Source: Promethearchaeota archaeon (GTDB lineage: Archaea; Asgardarchaeota; Hermodarchaeia; Hermodarchaeales; Hermodarchaeaceae). From it: a stretch of 64,000 nucleotides of DNA. The stretch's first letter is position 1, and each line of letters starts with the position of its first letter. Below, piece after piece: positions 8,982 through 18,735 of this stretch. The stretch lies in the NCBI GenBank assembly GCA_048939245.1, contig JBHLPR010000008.1, positions 420-64,419 of the forward strand, given 5' to 3'. Under the pieces are notes generated by a model that did no database searches, was not told the origin of the DNA, and saw nothing but the letters and a program-made list of their open reading frames with translations. A program made the translations under genes and the position numbers.

Positions 8982-10049
8982 ATGTCGGATAAAGCGTTAC
9001 GAGAATTACTCCGTGGGTTATCAGAAGTGATTGGGATTTCAGGGTATGAAGAAGAGGCTCGAGCGATTATTCAGAAAACAGTTGAACCATTTGTGGATGA
9101 GAGCTGGGTGGATCCTTTAGGAAATCTATTGGTCATTCGGAAGGGAAGACAGGAAGAGCCACGGATTCTTCTTGATGCCCATATGGATGAGATTGGGTTC
9201 ATTGTGCGGTATATTCATGAAAGTGGATTTTTACGGTTAACACCTATTGGTGGATGGGATCCACGTGTGCTTCCTGGTCATCGAGTATGCCTTCAACCTT
9301 CTGAGTCTAAATCAAAGAAGCCGGTATTCGGAGTTATCGGTGCAACCCCACCGCACCTGACAACGAGTAAGCAACGAGAAAGTGTGATTGCGATCGACGA
9401 TTTGTATGTAGATATTGGTGTGACCTCCCAGAAAGCCGTTGAAGGCATGGGAATTCGGATTGGAACCCCTATGACCGTTTGGCAGCCTTTTATTGAATTG
9501 CCAGATGACACGGTATCTGGTAAAGCCTTTGATGATCGAGTAGGGTGCCTGGTAATTATTGAAGTGTTGAAACGGTTAGCGAAATCAGCGGACCATAAAT
9601 GTTCAATTGCGGTGAACTTTGCAGTAGCAGAAGAAGTTGGAGGACGAGGAGCTCGAACTGGGGCATATACTTTAGACCCGGATGTGGCTTTAGCTTTGGA
9701 ATGTACATCAGCAGGAGATATGCCTGGGATTCCTAAACATAAGTCACCGACCACGATTGGGAAAGGACCCGCAATAACTGTGGCCGATCGAACCCTAATT
9801 GCTCATCCCAAAGTGCTTGCTACTTTAGAGCAGGTGGCTAGAAAAGAAAAAATCTCGTTCCAATACAAACAACCGTTAGGTGGGGGCACAGACGGAGGAC
9901 CAATCTCGCAAAGTCGAAAGGGCATTCCCACCGGTGTGGTGTCAGTACCCTGTCGTTATATCCATTCAGCAATCTCGCTGCTTCGACTTAGCGACATTAA
10001 GGCGGCAATAGAACTGGTATACGGGTTTACTCATTCATGGCAATCATAG
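8982..10049 (+). CDS. M42 family (TET/FrvX-type) aminopeptidase
   Basis: Motifs HMDEIGF, FDDRVGC and AEEVGGRGA. The track ORF starts at 8907, but the in-frame ATG at 8982 (MSDKALRELL) gives the usual family length of about 355 aa. Confidence 0.85.
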   Translation: MSDKALRELLRGLSEVIGISGYEEEARAIIQKTVEPFVDESWVDPLGNLLVIRKGRQEEPRILLDAHMDEIGFIVRYIHESGFLRLTPIGGWDPRVLPGHRVCLQPSESKSKKPVFGVIGATPPHLTTSKQRESVIAIDDLYVDIGVTSQKAVEGMGIRIGTPMTVWQPFIELPDDTVSGKAFDDRVGCLVIIEVLKRLAKSADHKCSIAVNFAVAEEVGGRGARTGAYTLDPDVALALECTSAGDMPGIPKHKSPTTIGKGPAITVADRTLIAHPKVLATLEQVARKEKISFQYKQPLGGGTDGGPISQSRKGIPTGVVSVPCRYIHSAISLLRLSDIKAAIELVYGFTHSWQS

Positions 10050-10062
10050 GAGGAAAAATAGC

Positions 10063-10491
10063 GTGGATATTCCATCTGTTGAAGATTTGTTAAGAGGCGA
10101 AAACAGCATATTTTTCGCTACTGTCGAGGAAGATCAGCCCAGAGTTCGGCCGGTAACCCTTGTTGAAAGTGAAGGGAAGCTCTACGTTCTCACTGGTACG
10201 GCGGATGCGAAGGTTTCGCAGGTTCGGAAGAATGAGAAGGTTGAAGTGGTTCGGCTCATCCGATTTGAAGAAGGAGGAGGTTATGTTCGCTTTAGTGCTG
10301 TTGCAAAAATCATTGAGGATGCACCAACCCGATCGCGACTAGCGGAGGCAACTTCATTTTTTTCTAAATATTTCAAAGGAGCAAATGATCCGAAATTCAC
10401 ACTTTTTCACCTGATTCCGAAAAAGATTGAATATATGAAACCAGGACAGATGTATCCTGATCCCGTCGAAAAACTTGATTTCACAAAGTAA
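10063..10491 (+). CDS. Pyridoxamine 5'-phosphate oxidase-like FMN-binding split-barrel protein
   Basis: 142 aa with a GTG start preceded by GGAGG. The pattern FFATV..DQPRVRPV...LYVLTG...KV.Q...N.KVEV is typical of PNPOx-like / general stress protein 26 families (by eye). Confidence 0.55.
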   Translation: MDIPSVEDLLRGENSIFFATVEEDQPRVRPVTLVESEGKLYVLTGTADAKVSQVRKNEKVEVVRLIRFEEGGGYVRFSAVAKIIEDAPTRSRLAEATSFFSKYFKGANDPKFTLFHLIPKKIEYMKPGQMYPDPVEKLDFTK

Positions 10492-10617
10492 TAGACGAGA
10501 TTTGGATTGCAGGGTAACCTATTTCAAGGTGCATAAGTACTGGTTCTTGGATTGGCAATTAACGCGGTTAATATGATTTGGTTAGATGAACTGGTGTGGG
10601 TACGGTGAATTAGCGCG

Positions 10618-12777
10618 ATGGAACAGAATAACTTCGGTACGGAGACACCGAGCCAAGCCATACAGCCCTCATTGAAACTGCAAGACTATACGATTAAAGT
10701 TGAAGGTGAAGAAGTCCCATATTACAGCGGTTCAGTAGATTATTGGCGTGTTCCGGCGGAAAATTGGGAACAGATTCTTGAACGCATTGTTGGAGTGGGG
10801 TTCCGCGTCATTTCAATTACGATTCCATGGAATATCCATGAAATAGCCAGTGAGCTATTCGATTTTGGCACCACTAATAAACAACGAGACATTGAACGGT
10901 TCCTAACCTTATGCCAAGAGAAAGGACTCTATGCCATAGTGCGACCTGGGCCCTGTGTTGATGCAGAACTCACCTATTATGGTTATCCAAAACGCATTCT
11001 CTATGATCCGGAAATTCAAGCACTAAGTGCTTATGGAACTCGAGTAATCATCCCAGCAACGCCTAACCCTTTTCCGATGCCAAGCTATGCTAGTGAAAAA
11101 TTCTATGAGGAGATATCACAATTCTTTGATGTCCTTTGTCCCATCATTAGTCGATATTTAGCACCCGGAGGACCAATAATCGGAATTCAAATTGATAATG
11201 ATTTACCACGAATTTTCTTGAATGGCCCATTTAGTGCAGATTATTCTACACACGCGCTTCGCTGGTATTTCGAATTTCTGAATAGTAAGTACCCGTCAAT
11301 AGGGAGTTTAAACCGGGCTTATCGGACACGATATAACCAGTTCACGGACATTGAGCCTCCACGTGCCCTTGCAGCAACGGAACGCGAAGCGCTTCCACGC
11401 TTCATTGATTGGATGGAATTTCAAGAATATTATGTTGGTCTAGCTCTCAGCGTATTGACCAGCCTCCTATGGTCTCGTGGTGTTCGTGGAGTTCCCACGT
11501 TCCATAGTACACGATCGATTTTTCCTCAGTTACCGTTGAATATTGCACGAACTGAAAAAGAACTCGATTTTCAAGGTGTAAGTCTTTACCTGGGTCGATT
11601 GCAATATGATCGAATTCGTCGAGGTGCTCTTTATCTCAGCGTGGTGAGCCGATTCCCCTTTTTATCTGAAGGTGGTATGGGGACATGGCCGTGGGGTCCC
11701 ATTTTACAGTCTAATGATCAACAGTTCGCTTTGCTTGTGGCGCTAATGTATGGTTTTCGTGGCTTCAACGCGTATATGCTGGTAGATCGTAATCGATGGA
11801 TAGGCAGCCCGATATCTAACTCTGGGGAAATGGATGATGAGCACTCAGCCTTTTTAAAACGATTACTTGAGATTTTGACTTTGGTAGAACTCCATAAGCT
11901 ACAACGCAATGTCCCTGTACTCCTACTTCGGAATCTCGAATATGAGCGGCTCCAAAGATCATGCACCAACTCAAACTGGTTATCACAGCTAATGGGCATC
12001 CCTGATGATTTATTGTTAAGTAATCGTACTTTCAGCTATACTGAAACCATTCAAAAGGCCTATCCAGCATTGTGGGAGGCATACTACTGGGGCTTAACCC
12101 GTTCCAAAATCCCGTTTGCCATCGGTGATACCGAGATGGATCGCCCCGCTTTGAGCCGTTATCAAGCCCTTATCATACCAACCTTTGATTTCATGTCTGA
12201 GGACCTTCAATCAAAAATCATCGATTTTGTAGAACGCGGAGGTTCAGCTATTCTTGGACCCGAGCTTCCATTCTTAGGCACTGACATGCGTGGGTGCAAC
12301 GTATTAACGGAAAGAGCTGGTATCGAATCCACCTCAACTCGTCGACCACTAGTAGGACTTCATGACCCATTTACCTTCACAGAGGATAAAGTGCGAGTTG
12401 GTACTCGTGCAGCTGGAGGTATCACTTCTTTAGGAAAAGGAAAGATTGTCTATTTGGGAATCACGCTACCGCCCATTTATAACCGGGATGATTCCATTGA
12501 ATCTGAGACAGTGATTACAAAATCCTTGAAACACTTGAAACTTTCTGCTGTCGGTGATGCACAGAATCCTTCAGTTGATGAAATTCATTGGGGAACCCGA
12601 GCCCCTAACATTATCTTCCAAGTTAATGCGACTAACCAACCCCAATCTGTGACCTTGAAAATCGCCAAACGTCTTATGGTTCGAGATCTTTGGACTGGTG
12701 AACAATTACCCCAAAAAGGTCCCCAAGAGATTGCGTTGAATCCTCATGATCTTCGCATATTTGAGGTGGTGCGATGA
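10618..12777 (+). CDS. Glycoside hydrolase family 35 (beta-galactosidase-like), no signal peptide
   Basis: 719 aa. The N-terminal TIM-barrel signature YYSGSVDYWRVPAENWEQIL...ITIPWNIHE...IVRPGPCVDAE matches the GH35 pattern (SGS.HY.R.P..W....PWN.HE...RPGPY..AE). A nucleophile-like LSEGGMGTW is present. The acid/base position reads IQIDND instead of ENE (see findings). Confidence 0.8.
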   Translation: MEQNNFGTETPSQAIQPSLKLQDYTIKVEGEEVPYYSGSVDYWRVPAENWEQILERIVGVGFRVISITIPWNIHEIASELFDFGTTNKQRDIERFLTLCQEKGLYAIVRPGPCVDAELTYYGYPKRILYDPEIQALSAYGTRVIIPATPNPFPMPSYASEKFYEEISQFFDVLCPIISRYLAPGGPIIGIQIDNDLPRIFLNGPFSADYSTHALRWYFEFLNSKYPSIGSLNRAYRTRYNQFTDIEPPRALAATEREALPRFIDWMEFQEYYVGLALSVLTSLLWSRGVRGVPTFHSTRSIFPQLPLNIARTEKELDFQGVSLYLGRLQYDRIRRGALYLSVVSRFPFLSEGGMGTWPWGPILQSNDQQFALLVALMYGFRGFNAYMLVDRNRWIGSPISNSGEMDDEHSAFLKRLLEILTLVELHKLQRNVPVLLLRNLEYERLQRSCTNSNWLSQLMGIPDDLLLSNRTFSYTETIQKAYPALWEAYYWGLTRSKIPFAIGDTEMDRPALSRYQALIIPTFDFMSEDLQSKIIDFVERGGSAILGPELPFLGTDMRGCNVLTERAGIESTSTRRPLVGLHDPFTFTEDKVRVGTRAAGGITSLGKGKIVYLGITLPPIYNRDDSIESETVITKSLKHLKLSAVGDAQNPSVDEIHWGTRAPNIIFQVNATNQPQSVTLKIAKRLMVRDLWTGEQLPQKGPQEIALNPHDLRIFEVVR

Positions 12778-13565
12778 GACGTCTCAACGAGAATTACCAA
12801 TTCTCTGATATGAACGCTTCCCACTGGTCTAATTTACTATCCACCTTGCCCCAGTTAACAAGTAAACGAGGAGTTCTTTTTCTTCTATACCATGAGGCAG
12901 AAATAATTCACGCATTTCACTCCTTACAAGGTTCTAGACCCGACCTCACAGGACCCTTTTCAACGCCTTCAACCGTGGTACAACAGATGCAGAAGCGTGA
13001 AGACGTTGATGCCGTGTTTATGATCGAACAAGGGCTTGTGGTATATCTCATCGCAAAGATGCAAGCGGCTTTCACTCCCGAAATGGATATCTTCCAATAC
13101 CTCAAAATTGCCCAAACAAGCATGGAGGAAGAATTTGGTCGACGATTCTATGTCTGGCCCAAAGAATTCTGGAATAAAGGATTAGTCTCATTATTCCACC
13201 GCGTTCACGGAGTCTTGGATGAACTTCCCGATGATTTTATTTGTATAATTACGGTTTTCGAAGAAAATACAATATGGGCAAGTCTCATCATTCAAGCGGT
13301 AGGTGGACAAATCAATCGCATCACAACCACGAAATTACTAGAACCACTTGGAATAACGTTCACTGATTGGCAAACTGAGTATCCAAAACTCTTAGAGATT
13401 GTGAAGAACAAATTCGGTTCCCCCACCCTAGGATTTTTCACTGATGATGAAACGCTCCGATTCCTCTTACGAAGTGAAACACCACTTAATTTCATTCGCC
13501 AAGCCCGTCGAACGAAACAAATAATCCTTGATCCAATTCCAGGTCGGCTTCGTGGAAAACTATAG
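12774..13565 (+). CDS. Hypothetical protein, translationally coupled to the GH35 gene
   Basis: 263-aa ORF with an ATGA overlap on the GH35 stop (12774-12777). Composition is protein-like, with no motif I recognise. Confidence 0.6.
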   Translation: MRRLNENYQFSDMNASHWSNLLSTLPQLTSKRGVLFLLYHEAEIIHAFHSLQGSRPDLTGPFSTPSTVVQQMQKREDVDAVFMIEQGLVVYLIAKMQAAFTPEMDIFQYLKIAQTSMEEEFGRRFYVWPKEFWNKGLVSLFHRVHGVLDELPDDFICIITVFEENTIWASLIIQAVGGQINRITTTKLLEPLGITFTDWQTEYPKLLEIVKNKFGSPTLGFFTDDETLRFLLRSETPLNFIRQARRTKQIILDPIPGRLRGKL

Positions 13566-13568
13566 CTG

Positions 13569-14552
13569 TTATTTTTTTGTGTTACGTTGGCGGATTAGCA
13601 AGAGCCCACCAACCAGAATACTGGCAACCAAGATAATAGCGGCAACCACTAATCCGTCCTCAATACGAAAACCTGTAGGAACGGCAGGAGGATCACCTAA
13701 TTCGACTTGCAATGAGAAGTTTCCAGTGTATCCATCATCAATTACCGGATGCGGAGGAACATGATCACACATTTCTGCATAATCTGGAAATGCCGGAAAA
13801 ACCACTGAAGAAATATAATTCTGACTTAGAGGGGATGCGAAAATAAACGCTTCTTCGACCGACACCTCACCATCTGCGTTAACATCCGCTGTTGAATTAA
13901 CCAAGGCATTAGAGAGGTAATGACTAAAGATTTCACCAATCACTGGTAAACCTTCTTCTGGGAGTCCTGCCCAAGCATATTCATCAGCTTCAGTAGAGGC
14001 TAGGTGGATATGGGGCACAGGATCATCATAGAGGGGTTGGAGCATAATTTCTGATGTGCAAGCTGCAACAACAAGAAGTTTTTCTTGGCTTACAAGGTTC
14101 TTCCACTGTGCTGGGAACCATGATTGCCAGTGCACTTCTTCTAGCAGGTAGTTGCCATGAGCAAAAACGAAGAAAAGCACCACATCGTTTGCATCAGCAT
14201 TCATAGCGAGGAATTGGAGCGCTGCTTCGCCGGTCTGTTGATTGATTAATCCTTGATGGATGAGAATATGGTTGGTTTGCCAGCCAAGGGCATGTAGTGT
14301 GCTATTCCATTTGCGAGTATCACTATATCCTGTTTCTAAATCGGTGCCAGATGGATAGTCATTCATCTCCATCAGAACAGCCCAGCCTTCTCGAATAGTG
14401 TCCGCAGATTGAAGTGCGCGAGAGCTTGAGTCATAGATGTAACAAGATACTGGGAACAGGGTGCCAAGTAGCATAAGAGCGAAAAAGAACCAGCGAATAT
14501 GAGTACGAGGTAAATAGTTCACGGTGAATTCTCGGGAAGCTGTCTTTTTCAA
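13569..14552 (-). CDS. Clan CD cysteine peptidase-like protein (legumain/C13-like), N-terminal signal-anchor and C-terminal TM anchor
   Basis: 327 aa. Hydrophobic strand + His-Gly (VLFFVFAHGNY, H132). A second hydrophobic strand + Ala-Cys lies 33 aa later (LLVVAACTSE, C165). These are followed by IHLASTEADEYAW and a DxNxDG Ca-binding-like loop (DVNADGEVSVEEAF). N-terminal TM is WFFFALMLLGTLF; C-terminal TM is VVAAIILVASILVGGLLLI followed by RQRNTKK. Confidence 0.55.
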   Translation of the reverse strand: MKKTASREFTVNYLPRTHIRWFFFALMLLGTLFPVSCYIYDSSSRALQSADTIREGWAVLMEMNDYPSGTDLETGYSDTRKWNSTLHALGWQTNHILIHQGLINQQTGEAALQFLAMNADANDVVLFFVFAHGNYLLEEVHWQSWFPAQWKNLVSQEKLLVVAACTSEIMLQPLYDDPVPHIHLASTEADEYAWAGLPEEGLPVIGEIFSHYLSNALVNSTADVNADGEVSVEEAFIFASPLSQNYISSVVFPAFPDYAEMCDHVPPHPVIDDGYTGNFSLQVELGDPPAVPTGFRIEDGLVVAAIILVASILVGGLLLIRQRNTKK

Positions 14553-14659
14553 GTTTATTATTTCGGACCCAACCCCCGTTGATCTTAACGAATAAAGCGA
14601 ACTGGATTACTCCACACACAATCCTTGTTAAGTTGATTCCGGGTTCTTAATATTGTCAA

Positions 14660-15430
14660 TCATGCAAGGCGCTTGTTGACTTCAGCTAGCCGTTTGCGGA
14701 GTTGCTTGCGTTTACGCTTGTAGAAACGTTTAGTGATTCTACCTTCATTGTGTTGGAGTTCAAGGGCACCAAGTAAATTGAGGATGGCTTCTTTCTCAAC
14801 CTCTGCTTCTAAAACAGCTGAAGAAGGTTCCGGGAGTATGGTGTCACCTACATCGTGTTTTCTGGGTGTTTTTGTTTGGTGGTAGTCTTCTTCTGGGTAG
14901 CGGATTACCACGATTTCGGTGTCAAGTTCTTTGATTCGTGACTGCAAGCGAAATTCGCTTTCAGCTTGAGTCTGTGCGGAGGCGACTAAGTCTTCATGAA
15001 TGGCCCTAGCCATGGGTCGATTTTTTAAAAGGGGTATGAGCCAGTCAGGAAGGTCTCGATCAATATCATTAACTAGCTCATCGATTTCGCCATTCTGTGT
15101 GGCCTCAACCACTGAAGGCTCTTGAGTTACAGAAACAGCATCTTCAACCCGAGGACGACGTAGCCATCTTTGGCGTTTGGTTCGAATGCGGTCTGAGGCA
15201 CGGAGGCGACGAGCACGTGATTGGGATTGAGAGATATGAAGGAACCATGCACCAAAAGATGTAATCCCGAATATTCCTGAGAGCAAGAATAGTAGTATTG
15301 CTATATACAGAAGCCAGGTGAAGAAGTCATAATTTATATCGAGCCACTGGATTGACCCGAAGTAGAATCCAATTCCTAAAACTAGAGTTAGAAAAAACCC
15401 GATGGAAAGAAGATATCGGGAAGAAACCAC
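14660..15430 (-). CDS. Membrane protein (2 N-terminal TM helices) with an Arg-rich linker and a basic C-terminal helix, unknown function
   Basis: 256-aa ORF on the same strand, between the GH38 and C13-like genes. No recognisable motif. Confidence 0.5.
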   Translation of the reverse strand: MVSSRYLLSIGFFLTLVLGIGFYFGSIQWLDINYDFFTWLLYIAILLFLLSGIFGITSFGAWFLHISQSQSRARRLRASDRIRTKRQRWLRRPRVEDAVSVTQEPSVVEATQNGEIDELVNDIDRDLPDWLIPLLKNRPMARAIHEDLVASAQTQAESEFRLQSRIKELDTEIVVIRYPEEDYHQTKTPRKHDVGDTILPEPSSAVLEAEVEKEAILNLLGALELQHNEGRITKRFYKRKRKQLRKRLAEVNKRLA

Positions 15431-15516
15431 TTAATTTCTCCTCATCATTGGACCTAATGAAAAGGCCTTCTGCCTCCATAGTATGATGTTAAAATGAAGA
15501 ATAAATCCTTTGGGTG

Positions 15517-18500
15517 TTACCTACTATTCATTCTTTTGAATTTTGAACCAGTCGTCCATTGTAAAGTCCGAATTTGGTGAGGGGATAAAGGCACTTGTAT
15601 TTGGTTGGCGGTTTGTTTGTTGATTGGCGAGATTTGAATGGATTGTTCAGCGAGATTGACTGAAGAAGGGGTTTCAATTGGAAATGAGATTTCGATTTGG
15701 GCTTGGGATGATTCTCCCTTAAGTTCGAATAGCCGGAGTATCGTCGATTCGGTTTCTTCGGCTTTTTTCAAACAGCTTAAGACACAGCCAGGTTTATCAA
15801 TTGATAAGAACCCCTGTGATAACGTAAGAGGGCCGTTTACTAGTTCGTTTATTTGGATGGCTTTTAGGGGTGTGATAAACGATCTAACTTGCACAAGTGC
15901 TGTGGCATTCTTCCATGATCCTTGGTGGGGTATGATTGAATATTGCGCGATATGTTCACCTAGACATTGTGCTCCGGGTGTGGGAAGTTCTGGTCCAGCA
16001 TGTCCTCGGCGTGTGGTTAAGTCAGCTCGGGAAAGCCACCCGACTGAGCGGAGAAGAGTTAAAGCAATGGTTCGATTGGGGTTATCAATGACTTCAAATT
16101 CTGGTAGTCCACGGGTAGCAATGGATAATCCTTGGTGACCATCTGTTACATCGAGGAAGGTTTGGAGAGCGTGGGTTGTGGTGGAATCTTCGAACCAACC
16201 CATGGGTTTGCCTGGTACATTGGGTCGTTTGAGGATGGAGTTGAGGTAGTAGTCCATCATCATGGGATAGAGTTGGGCTTCCCAGTCTTGGGGAGCAGGT
16301 TTGAGAGAGCGTTCCGTGACATGAAAAGGAGTGTCACCCCATGCAGAATCTGTGTTAATATGTGTTGGGAAAAGGACGCGTAGTCGATGATCTTCAGCTG
16401 TATTGGTGAATGTGGTTTGGATGTCGATTCGAGAGGATTGAGCAGAGATAGTAATGAGATTCTGGATGGGTATTGTTATTGTTTTAGCACTTCGTTTTTG
16501 ACGGTTTTTTAAGGCTTTTTGGGGAACCAGTAGATGCGTAGTCACTTCAACTGTGACTGTTACAGGTCCCTGTTCGAGGATGCGAATCTTGGGTGGCGGT
16601 TCATCCTGAGTTGTTATTCGTTTATCTGTTGGTGGAGGGCAGTAGTTGTATTCGTCACCGATATCCCCAGTGTCTTCGAAGATTAGAAGTGGTGAATATC
16701 TTTTTCGAGTAGGTTTATGGTAGAGGTTAATGGTGCCATCGAGTTTCGAAATTTGTAGGCTGATGAATTGGTTTGTGATACCAAAATTGTCGTCATCCTG
16801 TGTCAGAGATAGTGCAGGCATTGAATGTGGTGGCTTATCAGGCGTGTTGGGTGCTAGATAGAATGTAGTGTACCCCAAATGGGGAATGTCCTGTGCTGAG
16901 AAGGTAATCAGTACCTGTCTGGAAGTATCTGGGATTTGGGTTTCCCCTTTGTAAATGTGGGGAAGAGTGTGGAGATGAATGAGCGATTGGTAAGCAGGGT
17001 CGATGTCTTTGGCAGCGATGCTTTGAAATGGTATTTTTTCTCCCTTCTGATTATAGAGGGCTAGTTGGGGGTTTTCATTTAGTTGTGAAGGGAGTTGGAG
17101 AAGGATGCGGATCAGGTCAGTTGTATTCCAGGGGTGGGGGTTAAAGATACGGAATGCGGCTTGAATGGGTTGTGGTATGGCAGGAGGGGGTTGTGAAGAT
17201 GCGTTTTGGTTGATGTGATGGATGGCTTCGCTAAGGATTTGTCGACCAAGTTGTTGACTCCAAGCAAACCTGCGCTCCATATCAGCGTGAGTGGCGTCGA
17301 CGCTACAACCACAGATGGAGTCATGGGGGTGATTTTGAAGGAGTAGCTGCCAAGCCCTGCGAAGTGGGATCTCTGGATATAAGGCACCCAGCCACCAAGC
17401 GATGGTGGCAAAGGGTTCCACCCATCGTTCCAGAAGCTGTTGTGTCGCAAAATTTTGTTGTTTTAGATATAGACGAGTAGAGAAGACTCCAGGGAGTACT
17501 GGGATGTATTTGCTAGCATGTTGTTCGCCTTCAATGACTGGTAATTCTGCAAGATTTGCTTCATTTCGTACGATATTCAAGTACTCGTTAAAGGTGCTAT
17601 GGTGTATAGTCACTCCTTGCAGCTCTTGAACGAAATCAGCAAACAGCTGATCGATAAACGGACTTAATTCATCAAGGCCTGTGATATCTTCAATAAGAGG
17701 ACTTTTCCCAAACTCCTGAAGTAACTGGGAAACCGTTTTTCCCTGTAAAATGTCTGAGGATTGAAAACGTTTGTTTAGTGCAACAATTAGATCTGGAAGA
17801 AAGGGTTGCGGTGCAAGATGATCACTTCCATTCATAAGAAGGGCCGCTGAACTAGTCCCTCGCAACGCTAGCACATTAAGAGGCATTAGAAGCTGAGCCA
17901 ATGTGCCATCAACTGAATTTGGCAGGTTCGCGGCTGTTGAATAACTTGAGCGTAAATGAACTAAGAGAACCTCAGACCCATCGGGTGCTCGCCAACGCAG
18001 TTCGGTGGGAAGTGTTTTGCCCCCGTCTTCCAGACCACGCCACCAGATACTTGTATTAATATCAAAGCCCTTGAAAATCTGGGGTAGCTGTGCTATATGA
18101 CCAAAGGTGTCAGGGACATAGCCGATTGCCATTGGATTTCCAAACTGACGAGCTATCCGATGCCCATGTAGTAGATTCCGGATTAATGCTTCTCCACTAA
18201 CCAGGAACTCGTCGGCAAGCACATACCAAGGCCCAGTTTGAATTCGATTTTGCGTAATCAGTTGTTTGAGACGATTGTGGTTTTCGGGGCGAAGTTCAAG
18301 ATAGTCATCTAAGACAATTGTTTGCCCATCTAAGGTGAAATGCCGGTATTGAGGATTTGTCTCCATTAAATCGATGAGTTGGTCTAAGGTTTTTACCAAG
18401 AGCCAACGGAAGTCCTCAAAGGGGAGGTACCATTCGCGGTCCCAGTGGGTATGACTAACAATTATCACGTTTTGAAGCTTGGGCACCGTAGTCCACCTAT

Positions 18501-18564
18501 TCTGAATAATCTCTTGTAGAGTATATGGGTTAGTGACTCTTACTCTTATGATGTTCGTTCCCAC
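15517..18564 (-). CDS. Glycoside hydrolase family 38 alpha-mannosidase, no signal peptide
   Basis: 1015 aa. Carries the GH38 N-domain metal/nucleophile motifs VSHTHWDREWY and GYVPDTFGH, the central NHPHDSICGCS, and a long beta-rich C-terminal region. Confidence 0.9.
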   Translation of the reverse strand: MGTNIIRVRVTNPYTLQEIIQNRWTTVPKLQNVIIVSHTHWDREWYLPFEDFRWLLVKTLDQLIDLMETNPQYRHFTLDGQTIVLDDYLELRPENHNRLKQLITQNRIQTGPWYVLADEFLVSGEALIRNLLHGHRIARQFGNPMAIGYVPDTFGHIAQLPQIFKGFDINTSIWWRGLEDGGKTLPTELRWRAPDGSEVLLVHLRSSYSTAANLPNSVDGTLAQLLMPLNVLALRGTSSAALLMNGSDHLAPQPFLPDLIVALNKRFQSSDILQGKTVSQLLQEFGKSPLIEDITGLDELSPFIDQLFADFVQELQGVTIHHSTFNEYLNIVRNEANLAELPVIEGEQHASKYIPVLPGVFSTRLYLKQQNFATQQLLERWVEPFATIAWWLGALYPEIPLRRAWQLLLQNHPHDSICGCSVDATHADMERRFAWSQQLGRQILSEAIHHINQNASSQPPPAIPQPIQAAFRIFNPHPWNTTDLIRILLQLPSQLNENPQLALYNQKGEKIPFQSIAAKDIDPAYQSLIHLHTLPHIYKGETQIPDTSRQVLITFSAQDIPHLGYTTFYLAPNTPDKPPHSMPALSLTQDDDNFGITNQFISLQISKLDGTINLYHKPTRKRYSPLLIFEDTGDIGDEYNYCPPPTDKRITTQDEPPPKIRILEQGPVTVTVEVTTHLLVPQKALKNRQKRSAKTITIPIQNLITISAQSSRIDIQTTFTNTAEDHRLRVLFPTHINTDSAWGDTPFHVTERSLKPAPQDWEAQLYPMMMDYYLNSILKRPNVPGKPMGWFEDSTTTHALQTFLDVTDGHQGLSIATRGLPEFEVIDNPNRTIALTLLRSVGWLSRADLTTRRGHAGPELPTPGAQCLGEHIAQYSIIPHQGSWKNATALVQVRSFITPLKAIQINELVNGPLTLSQGFLSIDKPGCVLSCLKKAEETESTILRLFELKGESSQAQIEISFPIETPSSVNLAEQSIQISPINKQTANQIQVPLSPHQIRTLQWTTGSKFKRMNSR

Positions 18565-18735
18565 AATATAGCATAAGATACGCCATCAACAACATTTCTT
18601 TTCGAACCCACCAAGATGTGGTTTCACATCCTTTCCATGGTAAAGGGCGAAGCATTTGATCTTTACTTATCCGAACCCCTCTCTGCCTTTTAGTAGCAGA
18701 TACTCGAAGCCATTCTAAGTGGAGGTTTAAAAAAC

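Noticed and set aside
15638-16383. 166-aa and 83-aa + strand ORFs inside the GH38 gene. Similar long antisense ORFs occur at 9293-9754, 28043-28646, 34604-34990, 38823-39182 and 60659-61048.
   Set aside because: All are embedded antisense or out of frame within genes carrying strong family motifs. Their products are Ser/Arg/Pro/Cys-rich with no motifs, so I treat them as shadow ORFs and not as overlapping genes.
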